Assembly: GCF_900187275.1 (NCBI RefSeq)
Contig: NZ_LT906458.1
Coordinates: forward strand, 1,500,001-1,532,000
Reading direction: 5' to 3'
Length of the DNA stretch: 32,000 bases
DNA from: Pasteurella multocida
GTDB lineage: Bacteria; Pseudomonadota; Gammaproteobacteria; Enterobacterales; Pasteurellaceae
This document shows positions 18,907 through 29,664 of this stretch, in pieces. The notes below the pieces were generated by a model, which saw only the letters and a list, made by a program, of their open reading frames with translations, ran no database searches and was not told the DNA's origin. A program made the position numbers and the translations under genes. Each line of letters starts with the position of its first letter. Within the stretch, counting starts at the first letter, position 1.

Positions 18907-19146
18907 AGTCAAAAAATATCATGTTGTTCCATTCACACTCTCCGTTTTTGATTCCATTTTTGCAAAAAAGCGACTGCTATTTCGCTCCCTCATCACTGCC
19001 AATACTATGCAAGTTCGAGCGAAACGTGTGAGGGGCTTTTTGATGCTTTCGTTTACCAAGAAAAAACTAGATGTAAATCAATTAATCGACATTTTTCACA
19101 AGACAAAGCAGATGAATTATTTTAAGATACGAACCATTCGTTTTAG

Positions 19147-20478
<1,332 letters not shown>

Positions 20479-20497
20479 TTTGCTGAGATAAAATAGT

Positions 20498-20540
20498 AAA
20501 AAAAAAGCACCGCACTTTTAACAAGTGCGGTGTTTTTTTA
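20498..20540. terminator. Bidirectional terminator built from an inverted USS pair, between eno and ruvX
   Basis: A9 run, then GCACCGCACTT (20507-20517), 5-nt loop, AAGTGCGGTG(C) (20523-20532), then a T7 run. Confidence 0.88.
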
Positions 20541-20567
20541 TGAATTTCTTGAAAATGATGATTTTTC

Positions 20568-20990
20568 TTACTTAACCTGTTGATTTTCAAACCAACTTTC
20601 TAAAATCAAACACGCAGATATCCCATCTACTTTACTTTTGTTTAACGCTTTATAACCACCACGTCCAAAGATTTCAGCTCGCGCTTCTGTCGTGGTCAAA
20701 CGTTCATCTTGTAATTCAACTGCCACGCCAAAACGCCCATGTAAACGATGAGCAAATTTTCTTGCCCTTACTGTGAGATCTTGCTCGGTACCATCCATAT
20801 TTAACGGTAAACCGACCACTACTCGATCTGGTTGCCATTCTGCCAAACACTTGCCGATCGCATCCCAGTTTGGGATGCCATCTTGTGCTTTAAACGCTGG
20901 CAATGCCTGAGCCGTGCCCGTAATACTTTGCCCTACCGCACAACCAATGCTTTTTGTACCAAAATCAAATGCGAGAACAGTCATCCCCAT
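20568..20990 (-). CDS. ruvX: YqgF/RuvX putative pre-16S rRNA nuclease (Holliday-junction-resolvase-like)
   Basis: Collinear with E. coli YqgF ([36 protein letters not shown]). The ATG at 20988-20990 overlaps the yqgE stop as TAATG. Alternative starts are 20984 (ATG) and 20996 (TTG). Confidence 0.9.
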   Translation of the reverse strand: MGMTVLAFDFGTKSIGCAVGQSITGTAQALPAFKAQDGIPNWDAIGKCLAEWQPDRVVVGLPLNMDGTEQDLTVRARKFAHRLHGRFGVAVELQDERLTTTEARAEIFGRGGYKALNKSKVDGISACLILESWFENQQVK

Positions 20991-21550
20991 TAGCAATGTC
21001 CCGCTTGGTGTGCAAAATTATGATGTTGAATCCCCAACAATAAATTGGCTTCTAACCAACGATCTTCATAAGGCACATCAAATAAAATACGATTATTCGC
21101 TGGCACCACTAACCAATCATTATTGGCAATCTCGCTTTCTAATTGGTTGACAGTCCAACTTGCACAACCTAACGCCACCAAATATTTTTCAGGTGCTTGT
21201 GCCGTGCCAAACGTATCGATAATATCTGCCGAAGTCGTCAAACTGAGCTGATCAGTCACTTTGTAGCTATGTTTAAATGTTTGTGCTGTTTTAGTATGTA
21301 AAATAAAGCCTCGCTCAATATTCACCGGTCCGCCGGCTAACACTAAATCATTGCCATAAGTGCGGTCAGTTTTCATCATAAAATTCATTTTGGCGCACAA
21401 CTCTGCAATACTTAAATCCGTGGGTTGATTCAACACCAATCCCATTGTGCCTTGATCGTTGTGCTCACAAATATAAACCACCGAATGGGCAAAATAATCA
21501 TCTTCCATTTGAGGCATCGCAATTAAAAAATGATCTTGTAATTCCATCAT
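20990..21550 (-). CDS. yqgE: UPF0301 protein YqgE (AlgH family)
   Basis: 186 aa, collinear with E. coli YqgE ([19 protein letters not shown]...N.P, GGP....RGFILH). Confidence 0.9.
   Translation of the reverse strand: MMELQDHFLIAMPQMEDDYFAHSVVYICEHNDQGTMGLVLNQPTDLSIAELCAKMNFMMKTDRTYGNDLVLAGGPVNIERGFILHTKTAQTFKHSYKVTDQLSLTTSADIIDTFGTAQAPEKYLVALGCASWTVNQLESEIANNDWLVVPANNRILFDVPYEDRWLEANLLLGIQHHNFAHQAGHC
21358..21366 (+). repeat. Hin-type USS
   Basis: Exact 9-mer, inside yqgE. Confidence 0.9.
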
Positions 21551-21559
21551 ATCTCTTCC

Positions 21560-22294
21560 TCAACCTAAATCACCGAAACAGATCTGCAATGCTGTAATTG
21601 CAGCTAACGAAGCTGTTTCCGTACGCAATACACGCTTTCCTAATAATACTTCAATAAAATCTTGTTGTTCTGTTTGAGCAATCTCTTGTGCGGATAAGCC
21701 CCCTTCAGAACCAATTAATAAACGTACCCCTGCGGCAGGGATGTCAGGTAGGGTACGTATTGAATATTGGGCCCTTGGATGTAAATTCAACTTCAACGCC
21801 CCGTCTTTTTCCGCACACCAATCTTGTAATTTCATCATCGGACGTATTTCTGGCACCACATTACGCCCACATTGTTCACAGGCGGCAATGGCAATTTTCT
21901 GCCATTGCTGGATTTTTTTCTCCAGACGATCTGCATCTAACTTCACCCCACAACGCTCTGACCAAAGAGGTGTAATCACATGTACTCCCAATTCAACGGA
22001 TTTCTGAATGGTGAATTCCATTCTTTCTCCTCGTGAAATCACTTGCCCAAGGTGAATTTTTAATGGACTTTCTCGATCATCCCATTGGTGTTGCAAAATA
22101 TCTACTTCAACACGTTTTTTGCTGATCTGCGTAATCTGCGCGTCATACACATGATTTGAGCCATCGAAAAGCACGAGTTTATCCCCGGCTTGCATACGTA
22201 ACACACGTCCAACATGGTTAGCCGCATCTTCACTTAATTCACAATGTTTCACGCCTTGTAATAGGACTGGGTGGTAAATTCGAGGTATTCTCAT
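21560..22294 (-). CDS. rsmE: 16S rRNA (uracil1498-N3)-methyltransferase RsmE
   Basis: 244 aa. It has the MRIPRIYH start typical of RsmE and a C-terminal SPOUT knot motif ([11 protein letters not shown]......F....LG.R.LRTETA). Confidence 0.9.
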   Translation of the reverse strand: MRIPRIYHPVLLQGVKHCELSEDAANHVGRVLRMQAGDKLVLFDGSNHVYDAQITQISKKRVEVDILQHQWDDRESPLKIHLGQVISRGERMEFTIQKSVELGVHVITPLWSERCGVKLDADRLEKKIQQWQKIAIAACEQCGRNVVPEIRPMMKLQDWCAEKDGALKLNLHPRAQYSIRTLPDIPAAGVRLLIGSEGGLSAQEIAQTEQQDFIEVLLGKRVLRTETASLAAITALQICFGDLG

Positions 22295-22473
22295 AACTGC
22301 AATGATTATTTTATCTTACGCGATTTGTCATATTCCTATCATAACAGAAAGGCAAGCGCTTGGTTAAACAAAAGTATGAGCTATTTTGTTTTCATTTTAA
22401 GCAAGAAAAAACAGAAATCCCCAAATATCCAGTGAAAATCTGCTAAAATAACAGGCGATTTAGTTAGCAAAAG

Positions 22474-23196
22474 TTGAGGCAAGTTATCGAAAATTGGCAA
22501 CGGGGTTTTGTCTTACATCGCAAAGCCTATAGTGAAACAAGCTTATTAGTTGAGTTATTCACCGAAGAAACAGGGCGTCTAACTGTACTTGCCAAAGGTG
22601 CGCGAGCAAAACGTTCCGCATTAAAAGGCATCTTACAGCCTTTTACCCCTTTGCTATTGCGTTGGAGCGGGCGCAGTGAATTGAAAACATTGACGAAAGT
22701 AGAACCTGCTGCCATTGCATTACCGTTACAACAGACCGCACTTTATAGCGGATTCTATGTTAATGAATTGCTCTGTCGCGTCCTTGAACCCGAAACTGGT
22801 TATCCCCATCTGTTCCAAGACTATTTACGTTGCCTAACTGGCTTGGCAAGCGCTGAACATCTGATTGAGCCTAGTCTGCGTCACTTTGAATTTCAATTAT
22901 TACAAACTTTAGGCTACGGCGTCGATTTTTGCCATTGTGCTGGCTCAGGCGAGCTGGTTGATGAAAATATGACTTATCGTTATCGTGAAGAAAAAGGCTT
23001 TATTGCATCGCTCATTAAGGATAATTTAACTTTTTATGGTCGTGAATTACTGGCTTTTGACGCAAGACAATTTCACGACAGCGCCACTTTACAGGCGGCT
23101 AAACGTTTCACTCGCATCGCGCTTAAACAGTATTTAGGGAATAAGCCCTTAAAAAGCCGAGAATTATTTACTCAATATATGTTGTATCAAAAATAA
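22474..23196 (+). CDS. recO: DNA repair/recombination mediator RecO
   Basis: Collinear with E. coli RecO (WQR.FVLH...SETSL....FTEE.GR....[56 protein letters not shown]). The only in-frame start near the conserved N-terminus is TTG at 22474. Confidence 0.9.
   Translation: MRQVIENWQRGFVLHRKAYSETSLLVELFTEETGRLTVLAKGARAKRSALKGILQPFTPLLLRWSGRSELKTLTKVEPAAIALPLQQTALYSGFYVNELLCRVLEPETGYPHLFQDYLRCLTGLASAEHLIEPSLRHFEFQLLQTLGYGVDFCHCAGSGELVDENMTYRYREEKGFIASLIKDNLTFYGRELLAFDARQFHDSATLQAAKRFTRIALKQYLGNKPLKSRELFTQYMLYQK
22735..22743 (-). repeat. Hin-type USS
   Basis: Exact 9-mer (ACCGCACTT), inside recO. Confidence 0.9.
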
Positions 23197-23199
23197 ACT

Positions 23200-24513
23200 A
23201 TGGTATTACACTATACCCCTCATCAATCCACCCCACGTAACACAACATTCGTTGCGGAAATTCTTGATCTTGATTATCAAGGACGTGGTGTAGCCAAAGT
23301 ACAAGGCAAAACGTGGTTCATTGAAAATGCACTGCCACAAGAAAAAGTGGAAGTGCGCATTGTCGATGAAAAACGCCATTATGGTCATGGAATCAGCTGC
23401 AAAATTCTCACTCCACATCCAGAACGCCAGTCAGCAAAATGTGCTTACTATGCCCAGTGCGGTGGTTGCCAAAGTCAACATATTCCAATTGACATGCAAC
23501 GTCAGGCTAAACAACAAGCCTTATTCCAACACTTACAACAATTACAACCTCAAGCGACCTTCATGCCCATGATCGTCGCAGCGCCTTGGCATTATCGCCG
23601 TCGTGTGCGTTTAAGCGTGCGGTTTCATCCCAAAAGCAAACAACTTGCGATGGGTTTGCGTCAGAGAAATACTCAACAAATCGTGAATCTGCAGCATTGT
23701 GATGTGCTTGAAATCCCCTTAAGTCAACTCTTACCTAAATTACATTTGTTGTTTTCAACATGGTCCCTGCCTAAAAACTTAGGGCATGTGGAGTTAGTGC
23801 ATGCGGATAATGGAATTGCGATGTTATTACGCCATACAGGAAATTTAGCGCAAACTGACCGCACTTTATTAACCAATTTTGCGCAACAAGAAAACTTAAT
23901 GTTGTTTGTACAAGATGATCAACAGATCACCCAACTACATGGCGAGGCACCTTACTACATACTACGCGATGGCACCAAATTACAGTTTGATATCCGTGAC
24001 TTTATCCAAGTGAATGCTGTTGTAAATCAGAAAATGATTGATACCACTCTTGAGTGGTTGGAACTCACATCGAACGATAACGTATTAGATTTGTTTTGTG
24101 GTATGGGAAACTTCACCCTCCCAATCAGTCGTCAGGTCAATCAGGTTGTGGGCATTGAAGGCGTAGGAGAAATGGTGGAGAAAGCAAAACGAAATGCGGA
24201 ACAAAATCAATGTGATAATGTCCAATTCTATCAGGCGAATTTAGATCAACCTTTTGTGCAACAACATTGGGCGAGCCAACATTTTAATAAAATTTTACTG
24301 GACCCTCCACGTACAGGCGCGGCATTTGCCTTACATGCCTTATGTGAATTGGGCGCAGAAAAAATCTTATATGTTTCCTGCAATCCTGCTACATTAGTAC
24401 GTGATACAGCGATTTTATTACAATTTAACTACCGACTTAAAAAAGTCGCAATGATCGATATGTTCCCCAATACAGGACATTTAGAATCCATCAGTTTATT
24501 TGAAAAAGAATAG
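23200..24513 (+). CDS. rlmD: 23S rRNA (uracil1939-C5)-methyltransferase RlmD (RumA)
   Basis: 437 aa. It has Fe-S cluster cysteines (C...CGGCQSQH), DFIQVNA.VNQKM, DLFCGMGNFTLP and VSCNPATL.RD...L. The ATG lies 3 nt after the recO stop. Confidence 0.95.
   Translation: MVLHYTPHQSTPRNTTFVAEILDLDYQGRGVAKVQGKTWFIENALPQEKVEVRIVDEKRHYGHGISCKILTPHPERQSAKCAYYAQCGGCQSQHIPIDMQRQAKQQALFQHLQQLQPQATFMPMIVAAPWHYRRRVRLSVRFHPKSKQLAMGLRQRNTQQIVNLQHCDVLEIPLSQLLPKLHLLFSTWSLPKNLGHVELVHADNGIAMLLRHTGNLAQTDRTLLTNFAQQENLMLFVQDDQQITQLHGEAPYYILRDGTKLQFDIRDFIQVNAVVNQKMIDTTLEWLELTSNDNVLDLFCGMGNFTLPISRQVNQVVGIEGVGEMVEKAKRNAEQNQCDNVQFYQANLDQPFVQQHWASQHFNKILLDPPRTGAAFALHALCELGAEKILYVSCNPATLVRDTAILLQFNYRLKKVAMIDMFPNTGHLESISLFEKE
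23858..23866 (-). repeat. Hin-type USS
   Basis: Exact 9-mer (ACCGCACTT), inside rlmD. Confidence 0.9.
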
Positions 24514-24521
24514 GATAGATT

Positions 24522-26741
24522 ATGGTTGCAGTGCGAGGATCACACTTACTCAATCCAAAAGATTTTGTTATTGAAACCTGGTGTGCCAGTTTAGAGGTTT
24601 CACCAGAAGTACGAGAAAATCTGGTCAACGCTTGGTATTACTCGCAAAAGTACATACCGCAACACCACGACGCCTCTTCTTGCTCATTGCACTCTGGCGT
24701 AGAAATGGTCGAAATTCTACACAGTCTGAATATGGATGCAGATAGCTTACTCACGGCAATGCTCTATCCGACGATTCATCACAAGCTTGTCGAACTCAGC
24801 CAAATTAACGAAGATTTTGGGGCAAATATCTATAAATTGGCAAAAGGCGTGATGGAAATGGATAATATTCGCCAATTAAATGCCAGCCAATCCGCCAATA
24901 ACGCACAAGTGGATAATATCCGCCGCATGTTACTCGCGATGGTAGATGATTTCCGTTGTGTGATTATCAAACTGGCAGAACGCATTACTTTTTTAAGGGA
25001 TGCCGAACAAACCTGCTCTGAAGAAGATAAAGTCCTAGCCGCCAAAGAATGTGCCAATATTTATGCCCCACTGGCAAATCGTTTAGGTATCGGGCAACTA
25101 AAATGGGAGTTAGAAGATTACTGTTTCCGTTATCTCCACCCTGAGCAATATCGTAGCATTGCCAACTTATTGAAAGAAAGACGCCTTGATCGAGAACAAT
25201 ACATTGCAGATTTTGTCTCCGAAGTAAGCGACTATTTACGCCATAACATTGATAAAGTGGAAGTGTATGGTCGTCCGAAACACATCTATAGCATTTGGCG
25301 CAAAATGCAGAAAAAACATCTTGAATTTAGCGATCTCTACGATGTTCGTGCAGTGCGAATTATCGTCCCTAAATTGCAAGATTGTTATACCGCACTTGGC
25401 ATTGTGCATACCCACTTCAAACATATTCCGAAAGAATTTGATGATTACGTGGCGAACCCGAAACCTAATGGTTACCAATCTATCCATACTGTTGTCCTCG
25501 GCAAAGGCGGTAAACCGGTGGAAGTGCAAATTCGCACTCAACAAATGCATGATGATGCCGAGCTTGGGGTAGCCGCCCACTGGAAATATAAAGAAGGCGC
25601 GACTGGCGGTCGTTCTGGCTATGAAGAAAAAATCACCTGGTTACGCAAATTGCTTGCTTGGCAAGATGATATTACGGACTCGGGCGAAATTATGGCAGAA
25701 ATGCGTAGCCAGGTCTTTGACGATCGCGTTTATGTGTTTACCCCCAAAGGTGAGGTTATCGATTTACCGACAGGTTCCACCCCATTAGATTTTGCCTATG
25801 CTATTCATAGTGAAATTGGTCATCGCTGTATTGGTGCCAAAGTCAGTGGTCGTATTGTTCCGTTCACCTATCAGCTACAAATGGGTGATCAAATTGACAT
25901 CATTACACAGAAAAATGCCAACCCAAGTCGCGACTGGTTAAATCCTAACTTAGGCTTTACACATACCGCCAAAGCACGGGCTAAAATCCATGCTTGGTTT
26001 AAAAAACAAGATCGTGAGAAAAATATTCCGGCAGGTAAAGAAATGCTGGAAAATGAACTTACACGCTTAAACATCGGCTTAAAACAAATCGAACCACACG
26101 CCTTAGCGCGTTACAACCTAAAAAATTTAGAGGATTTATACGCGGGTATCGGTGGCGGTGATATTCGCCTCAATCACCTCATCAACTTCTTACAAAACAA
26201 GTTAATTAAAACGACGGCTCAAGAAGTTGATGAAGAAATCTTACGTCATGTGGCAAATAAAAGTGCAGCGAATAATCAACAAAAAGAAAAGCCTCGGGGT
26301 TATGTGATCGTAGAAGGTGTCGGGAATTTAATGCATCACATTGCCCGTTGTTGTCAACCAATTCCGGGCGATCATATTATGGGTTATATCACAATGGGAC
26401 GGGGGATTTCCATTCACCGCAGTGATTGCGAACAATTCCTCGAACTACAACAAGCTCATCCCGAACGAGTGGTAGAGTCCATTTGGGGTGATAACTATGC
26501 CAGTGGATTTAAAATCAGTATCCGTATTATCGCCAGTGATCGCAGTGGCTTATTACGTGATATCACGACGGTTTTAGCCAACGATAAAATTAGTGTCTTA
26601 GGTGTATCGAGTCGTACTGATACTAAAAAACAATTAGCGACAATTGATATGGAAATTGAGCTGAATAATGTTCAAATTTTGAGTAAAATTCTAGCTCGTC
26701 TTTCAAAACTCGACGATGTCATTGAAGCAAAACGACTGTAA
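24522..26741 (+). CDS. relA: GTP pyrophosphokinase RelA ((p)ppGpp synthetase I)
   Basis: 739 aa, collinear with E. coli RelA from MVAVR to the C-terminal ACT domain (VDNIRRMLLAMVDDFRCV.IKLAER, YGRPKHIYSIWRKMQKK, GVGNLMHHIARCCQPIPGD). Confidence 0.97.
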   Translation: MVAVRGSHLLNPKDFVIETWCASLEVSPEVRENLVNAWYYSQKYIPQHHDASSCSLHSGVEMVEILHSLNMDADSLLTAMLYPTIHHKLVELSQINEDFGANIYKLAKGVMEMDNIRQLNASQSANNAQVDNIRRMLLAMVDDFRCVIIKLAERITFLRDAEQTCSEEDKVLAAKECANIYAPLANRLGIGQLKWELEDYCFRYLHPEQYRSIANLLKERRLDREQYIADFVSEVSDYLRHNIDKVEVYGRPKHIYSIWRKMQKKHLEFSDLYDVRAVRIIVPKLQDCYTALGIVHTHFKHIPKEFDDYVANPKPNGYQSIHTVVLGKGGKPVEVQIRTQQMHDDAELGVAAHWKYKEGATGGRSGYEEKITWLRKLLAWQDDITDSGEIMAEMRSQVFDDRVYVFTPKGEVIDLPTGSTPLDFAYAIHSEIGHRCIGAKVSGRIVPFTYQLQMGDQIDIITQKNANPSRDWLNPNLGFTHTAKARAKIHAWFKKQDREKNIPAGKEMLENELTRLNIGLKQIEPHALARYNLKNLEDLYAGIGGGDIRLNHLINFLQNKLIKTTAQEVDEEILRHVANKSAANNQQKEKPRGYVIVEGVGNLMHHIARCCQPIPGDHIMGYITMGRGISIHRSDCEQFLELQQAHPERVVESIWGDNYASGFKISIRIIASDRSGLLRDITTVLANDKISVLGVSSRTDTKKQLATIDMEIELNNVQILSKILARLSKLDDVIEAKRL

Positions 26742-26764
26742 TTCAGCCATTAAGGATAATAAAA

Positions 26765-27121
26765 ATGTATAAAACAACAGGACTTACTCATCTGATTAAA
26801 GCCACTGGTTATTCACTCAAAGGATTAAAAAGTGCGGTTAAATTTGAAACTGCGTTTCGCCATGAACTGCTCGCCGCCCTTTTTTTGGTGCCTTTAGCCT
26901 TTTGGCTCGGTGAAAATGGGATTGAAATTGCCTTAATGCTTGGCTCTCTTTTGTTAGTTCTTGCCTTTGAACTGATTAATAGTGCGATTGAAGCGGTCGT
27001 TGATCGCATCAGCTTGGACCATCATGAACTCTCTGGGCGCGCTAAAGATTTCGGCTCCGCTTCCGTTTTTATTGCCATGGTCAATGTGGTTGTTGTGTGG
27101 GCACTGGTGCTCTTTTATTGA
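26765..27121 (+). CDS. dgkA: Diacylglycerol kinase DgkA
   Basis: 118 aa. It has GYS.KGL..A...E.AFR.E, E..NSAIEAVVDRI and HELSGRAKD.GSA.V. Confidence 0.95.
   Translation: MYKTTGLTHLIKATGYSLKGLKSAVKFETAFRHELLAALFLVPLAFWLGENGIEIALMLGSLLLVLAFELINSAIEAVVDRISLDHHELSGRAKDFGSASVFIAMVNVVVVWALVLFY
26830..26838 (+). repeat. Hin-type USS
   Basis: Exact 9-mer, inside dgkA. Confidence 0.9.
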
Positions 27122-27142
27122 GCAGACAAATCATATTATGTG

Positions 27143-28393
27143 TTATTCCTTTTCACTGTGTTTTAAACAGCCATAGAAAATAAAAACCGATAAGAAATAA
27201 AAAATATTACCGGAATTATGGTTTAAAAAGGCTTGAGTTAAGGAATAGCACATCACTGAAATAATATGAAGCATACCTAATGTTGCCACTAATTTTTCCT
27301 CACTCTTTATGGCATGTCGTTTTCGATAAAAATAACAAAATGGCACACTAAAAATCGCCAGTAATGCAACTAACCCTACAAGACCATATTTTGACAGGTT
27401 ATCCAAATATTGATTATGTGCATGGGTAAAATTGGCGGCATATTCACTTATCACCCCTTCTTGTTGCTGCACTTGACGTTTCTCCATCGCTCCCGCATTT
27501 CCCCAACCTAATAGTGGTTTTTCTTTTGCCATAAGCAATGCACTTTTCCATAACGCAAAACGCGCGCCAATCGAGGTCGATTGTTCTGCTTGTGCGTCAA
27601 AATATTGTTGTGTTTCGGTGTATGCTTCTGTCACACGAGAAATCAACTTTGTTTTAGGGGCGAATGCAACAGCTGCCAACAGAAACACAAAAAACAAACT
27701 CACAAAAAAGAGAATTTTTTTCGATAAATACTGACGATAAGCAAACAACGCAAAACATAACAGCAGCGGTAAGCCAATCCAGCCACCCCGAGCCGTCGAT
27801 AACACACTACCAAGTATCCCGAATAACGTCGCAATAATCGCCCACAACATCTGACGATATTGCTGTCGACTAAACGAATGCAAACCAATCACAAACGAAA
27901 ACAGACCTAAAGACATGGCAATATCGCCCGCTTGAATCTGTAACATACGCGGTGAATACGCCGCATAAACATTTAAGATAAAGCGATCATAAATCGCCAC
28001 ACCGCCTGCAATTATCGCACCGAATAAAATTCCCTTAAGTAGCCAATTGATATGAGGTCGATAACGTTCAAATAAATATAACAATGGGATAAACAGGCAC
28101 AACTTAGCAATATGTTCGAGTTCCCTTAGCTTTTCAGCATGCCAAAAGAAAGACAATAAAAACGTTGCGCTATAAAAAAGAAGACATAACATCCAGATTT
28201 TTTCTGCACGAGGCAATGAGTCAAGCTCTTCCCTGTTAAGCAGACGAGAAATCAGGTAAATGAGTGCGATGCCACATAACCCGACAGAGGCAATATTATG
28301 CCCACCTTTTACAAGAAAAAGCGTGGGAAAGAAGATAAAAATAATAAAATTTATACTCAATACGTATAAAGAAGATTTTTTTAAGCTTTGCAT
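27143..28393 (-). CDS. O-antigen ligase family (Wzy_C domain) polytopic membrane protein, WaaL/PglL-like
   Basis: About 416 aa with roughly 10-12 TM segments. Family motifs are STARGGWIG, SIGARFALW and the HAHNQYLDNLSKYGLVGL loop. The preferred start is ATG 28391-28393 (MQSLKK...). The ORF-track start is TTG 28405. Confidence 0.8.
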   Translation of the reverse strand: MQSLKKSSLYVLSINFIIFIFFPTLFLVKGGHNIASVGLCGIALIYLISRLLNREELDSLPRAEKIWMLCLLFYSATFLLSFFWHAEKLRELEHIAKLCLFIPLLYLFERYRPHINWLLKGILFGAIIAGGVAIYDRFILNVYAAYSPRMLQIQAGDIAMSLGLFSFVIGLHSFSRQQYRQMLWAIIATLFGILGSVLSTARGGWIGLPLLLCFALFAYRQYLSKKILFFVSLFFVFLLAAVAFAPKTKLISRVTEAYTETQQYFDAQAEQSTSIGARFALWKSALLMAKEKPLLGWGNAGAMEKRQVQQQEGVISEYAANFTHAHNQYLDNLSKYGLVGLVALLAIFSVPFCYFYRKRHAIKSEEKLVATLGMLHIISVMCYSLTQAFLNHNSGNIFYFLSVFIFYGCLKHSEKE

Positions 28394-28419
28394 AATATCT
28401 AACAACTTAATAAAGAAAC

Positions 28420-28446
28420 AAAAAAAAACCGCACATCAACGTGCGG
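28420..28446 (-). terminator. Intrinsic terminator of fbaA
   Basis: On the minus strand it reads CCGCAC, loop GUUGAU, GUGCGG, then U9 (plus-strand A-run 28420-28428). It starts 25 nt after the fbaA stop. Confidence 0.8.
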
Positions 28447-28471
28447 CTTCATTGTAACTGAATTGAGTTGC

Positions 28472-29551
28472 TTATAGAACATCAATACAATTCAAATCTT
28501 CGAAAGATTGTTCTAAACGTTTAGACATGGATTCTTCCATTTTACGTAACCAAACACGTGGATCATAGTATTTTTTGTTTGGTGCATCAGGACCTTCTGG
28601 GTTACCTAATTGACCTTGAAGATAATCTTGATTTGCGTTGTAGAATTTCAAAATCCCTTCCCAAGATGCCCATTGTGTGTCGGTATCGATATTCATTTTG
28701 ATCGCACCGTAACTGATCGCTTCGCGGATCTCTTCACGGCTTGAGCCTGAGCCACCATGGAAGACAAAGTCGATTGATTTCGCTGGCAAACCACGTTCTT
28801 TAGAAACAAATTCTTGTGATGCACCTAAGATAGACGGTTTTAATTTCACATTACCCGGCTTATAAACACCATGTACGTTACCGAATGCCGCAGCGACTGT
28901 GAAACGCGGGCTCACTGGGTTTAATTGATCATAAACATAAAGTACATCTTCTGGTTGCGTATAAAGTTTAGATTCTTCTACATCAGAGTTATCAACTCCA
29001 TCTTCTTCACCACCCGTGATACCGATTTCGATTTCTAACGTCATCCCCATTTTGTCCATACGCGCGAGGTATTCACGGCAAATAGCCATGTTTTCTTCCA
29101 TAGGTTCTTCAGAAAGATCAATCATGTGAGAAGAGAATAATGGTTTGCCTGTTTCAGCAAAATGTTTTTCACCCGCCTCTAATAAACCGTCAATCCATGG
29201 AAGAAGTTTTTTCGCTGCATGGTCAGTATGTAAAATCACCGGTACACCATATTCTTCTGCCAACGCGTGAACATGTTTTGCCCCTGCAATGGCACCCAGT
29301 ACATCAGTACGTGCACCACTTGCTGGTTTTAAGCCTTTACCAGCATAAAATTGTGCACCACCATTTGAGAATTGAATAATCACAGGTGCTTTGACACGTG
29401 CTGCGGTTTCTAATACGGCATTTACAGAGTCTGAACCCACACAGTTTACCGCTGGAATCGCAAAATTGTTTGCTTTTGCATATGCAAATACTTTCTGAAC
29501 ATCATCACCAGTAACAACGCCGGGTTTTACAATATCTAATAATTTAGCCAT
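28472..29551 (-). CDS. fbaA: Class II fructose-1,6-bisphosphate aldolase
   Basis: 359 aa. It has PVIIQFSNGG, ILHTDH, FGNVHGVYKPGNV.L.P and FVFHGGSGS. Confidence 0.98.
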   Translation of the reverse strand: MAKLLDIVKPGVVTGDDVQKVFAYAKANNFAIPAVNCVGSDSVNAVLETAARVKAPVIIQFSNGGAQFYAGKGLKPASGARTDVLGAIAGAKHVHALAEEYGVPVILHTDHAAKKLLPWIDGLLEAGEKHFAETGKPLFSSHMIDLSEEPMEENMAICREYLARMDKMGMTLEIEIGITGGEEDGVDNSDVEESKLYTQPEDVLYVYDQLNPVSPRFTVAAAFGNVHGVYKPGNVKLKPSILGASQEFVSKERGLPAKSIDFVFHGGSGSSREEIREAISYGAIKMNIDTDTQWASWEGILKFYNANQDYLQGQLGNPEGPDAPNKKYYDPRVWLRKMEESMSKRLEQSFEDLNCIDVL

Positions 29552-29664
29552 TTTCTGCTTCCTTTATTTATTTGATTAGAGTGAAATTTCGTTTCTTGAT
29601 AAGCCTAATGCTTATTCTCATTCAAAATAGAGAGGGGCGACTACACAAGCCTGCCCCCACCCAA

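Noticed and set aside
18921-19031. 36-codon ORF (MLFHSHSPFLIPFLQKSDCYFAPSSLPILCKFERNV) in the pyrG-eno spacer
   Set aside because: There is no SD within 15 nt of the ATG. It starts right after the pyrG terminator with no promoter, and its stop falls inside a stem. It is more likely a by-product of structured non-coding sequence (see finding).
25236-25580. 114-aa minus-strand and 107-aa plus-strand off-frame ORFs within relA
   Set aside because: They are embedded in the conserved RelA synthetase domain and have no independent start signals. The same reasoning applies to the other internal ORFs in the track, such as 6216-6404, 8181-8372, 8501-8692, 10727-10915, 11548-11889, 13367-13621, 21688-22007, 23206-23572, 26809-27009, 27700-27888, 29140-29379, 29796-30488 and 31022-31333.
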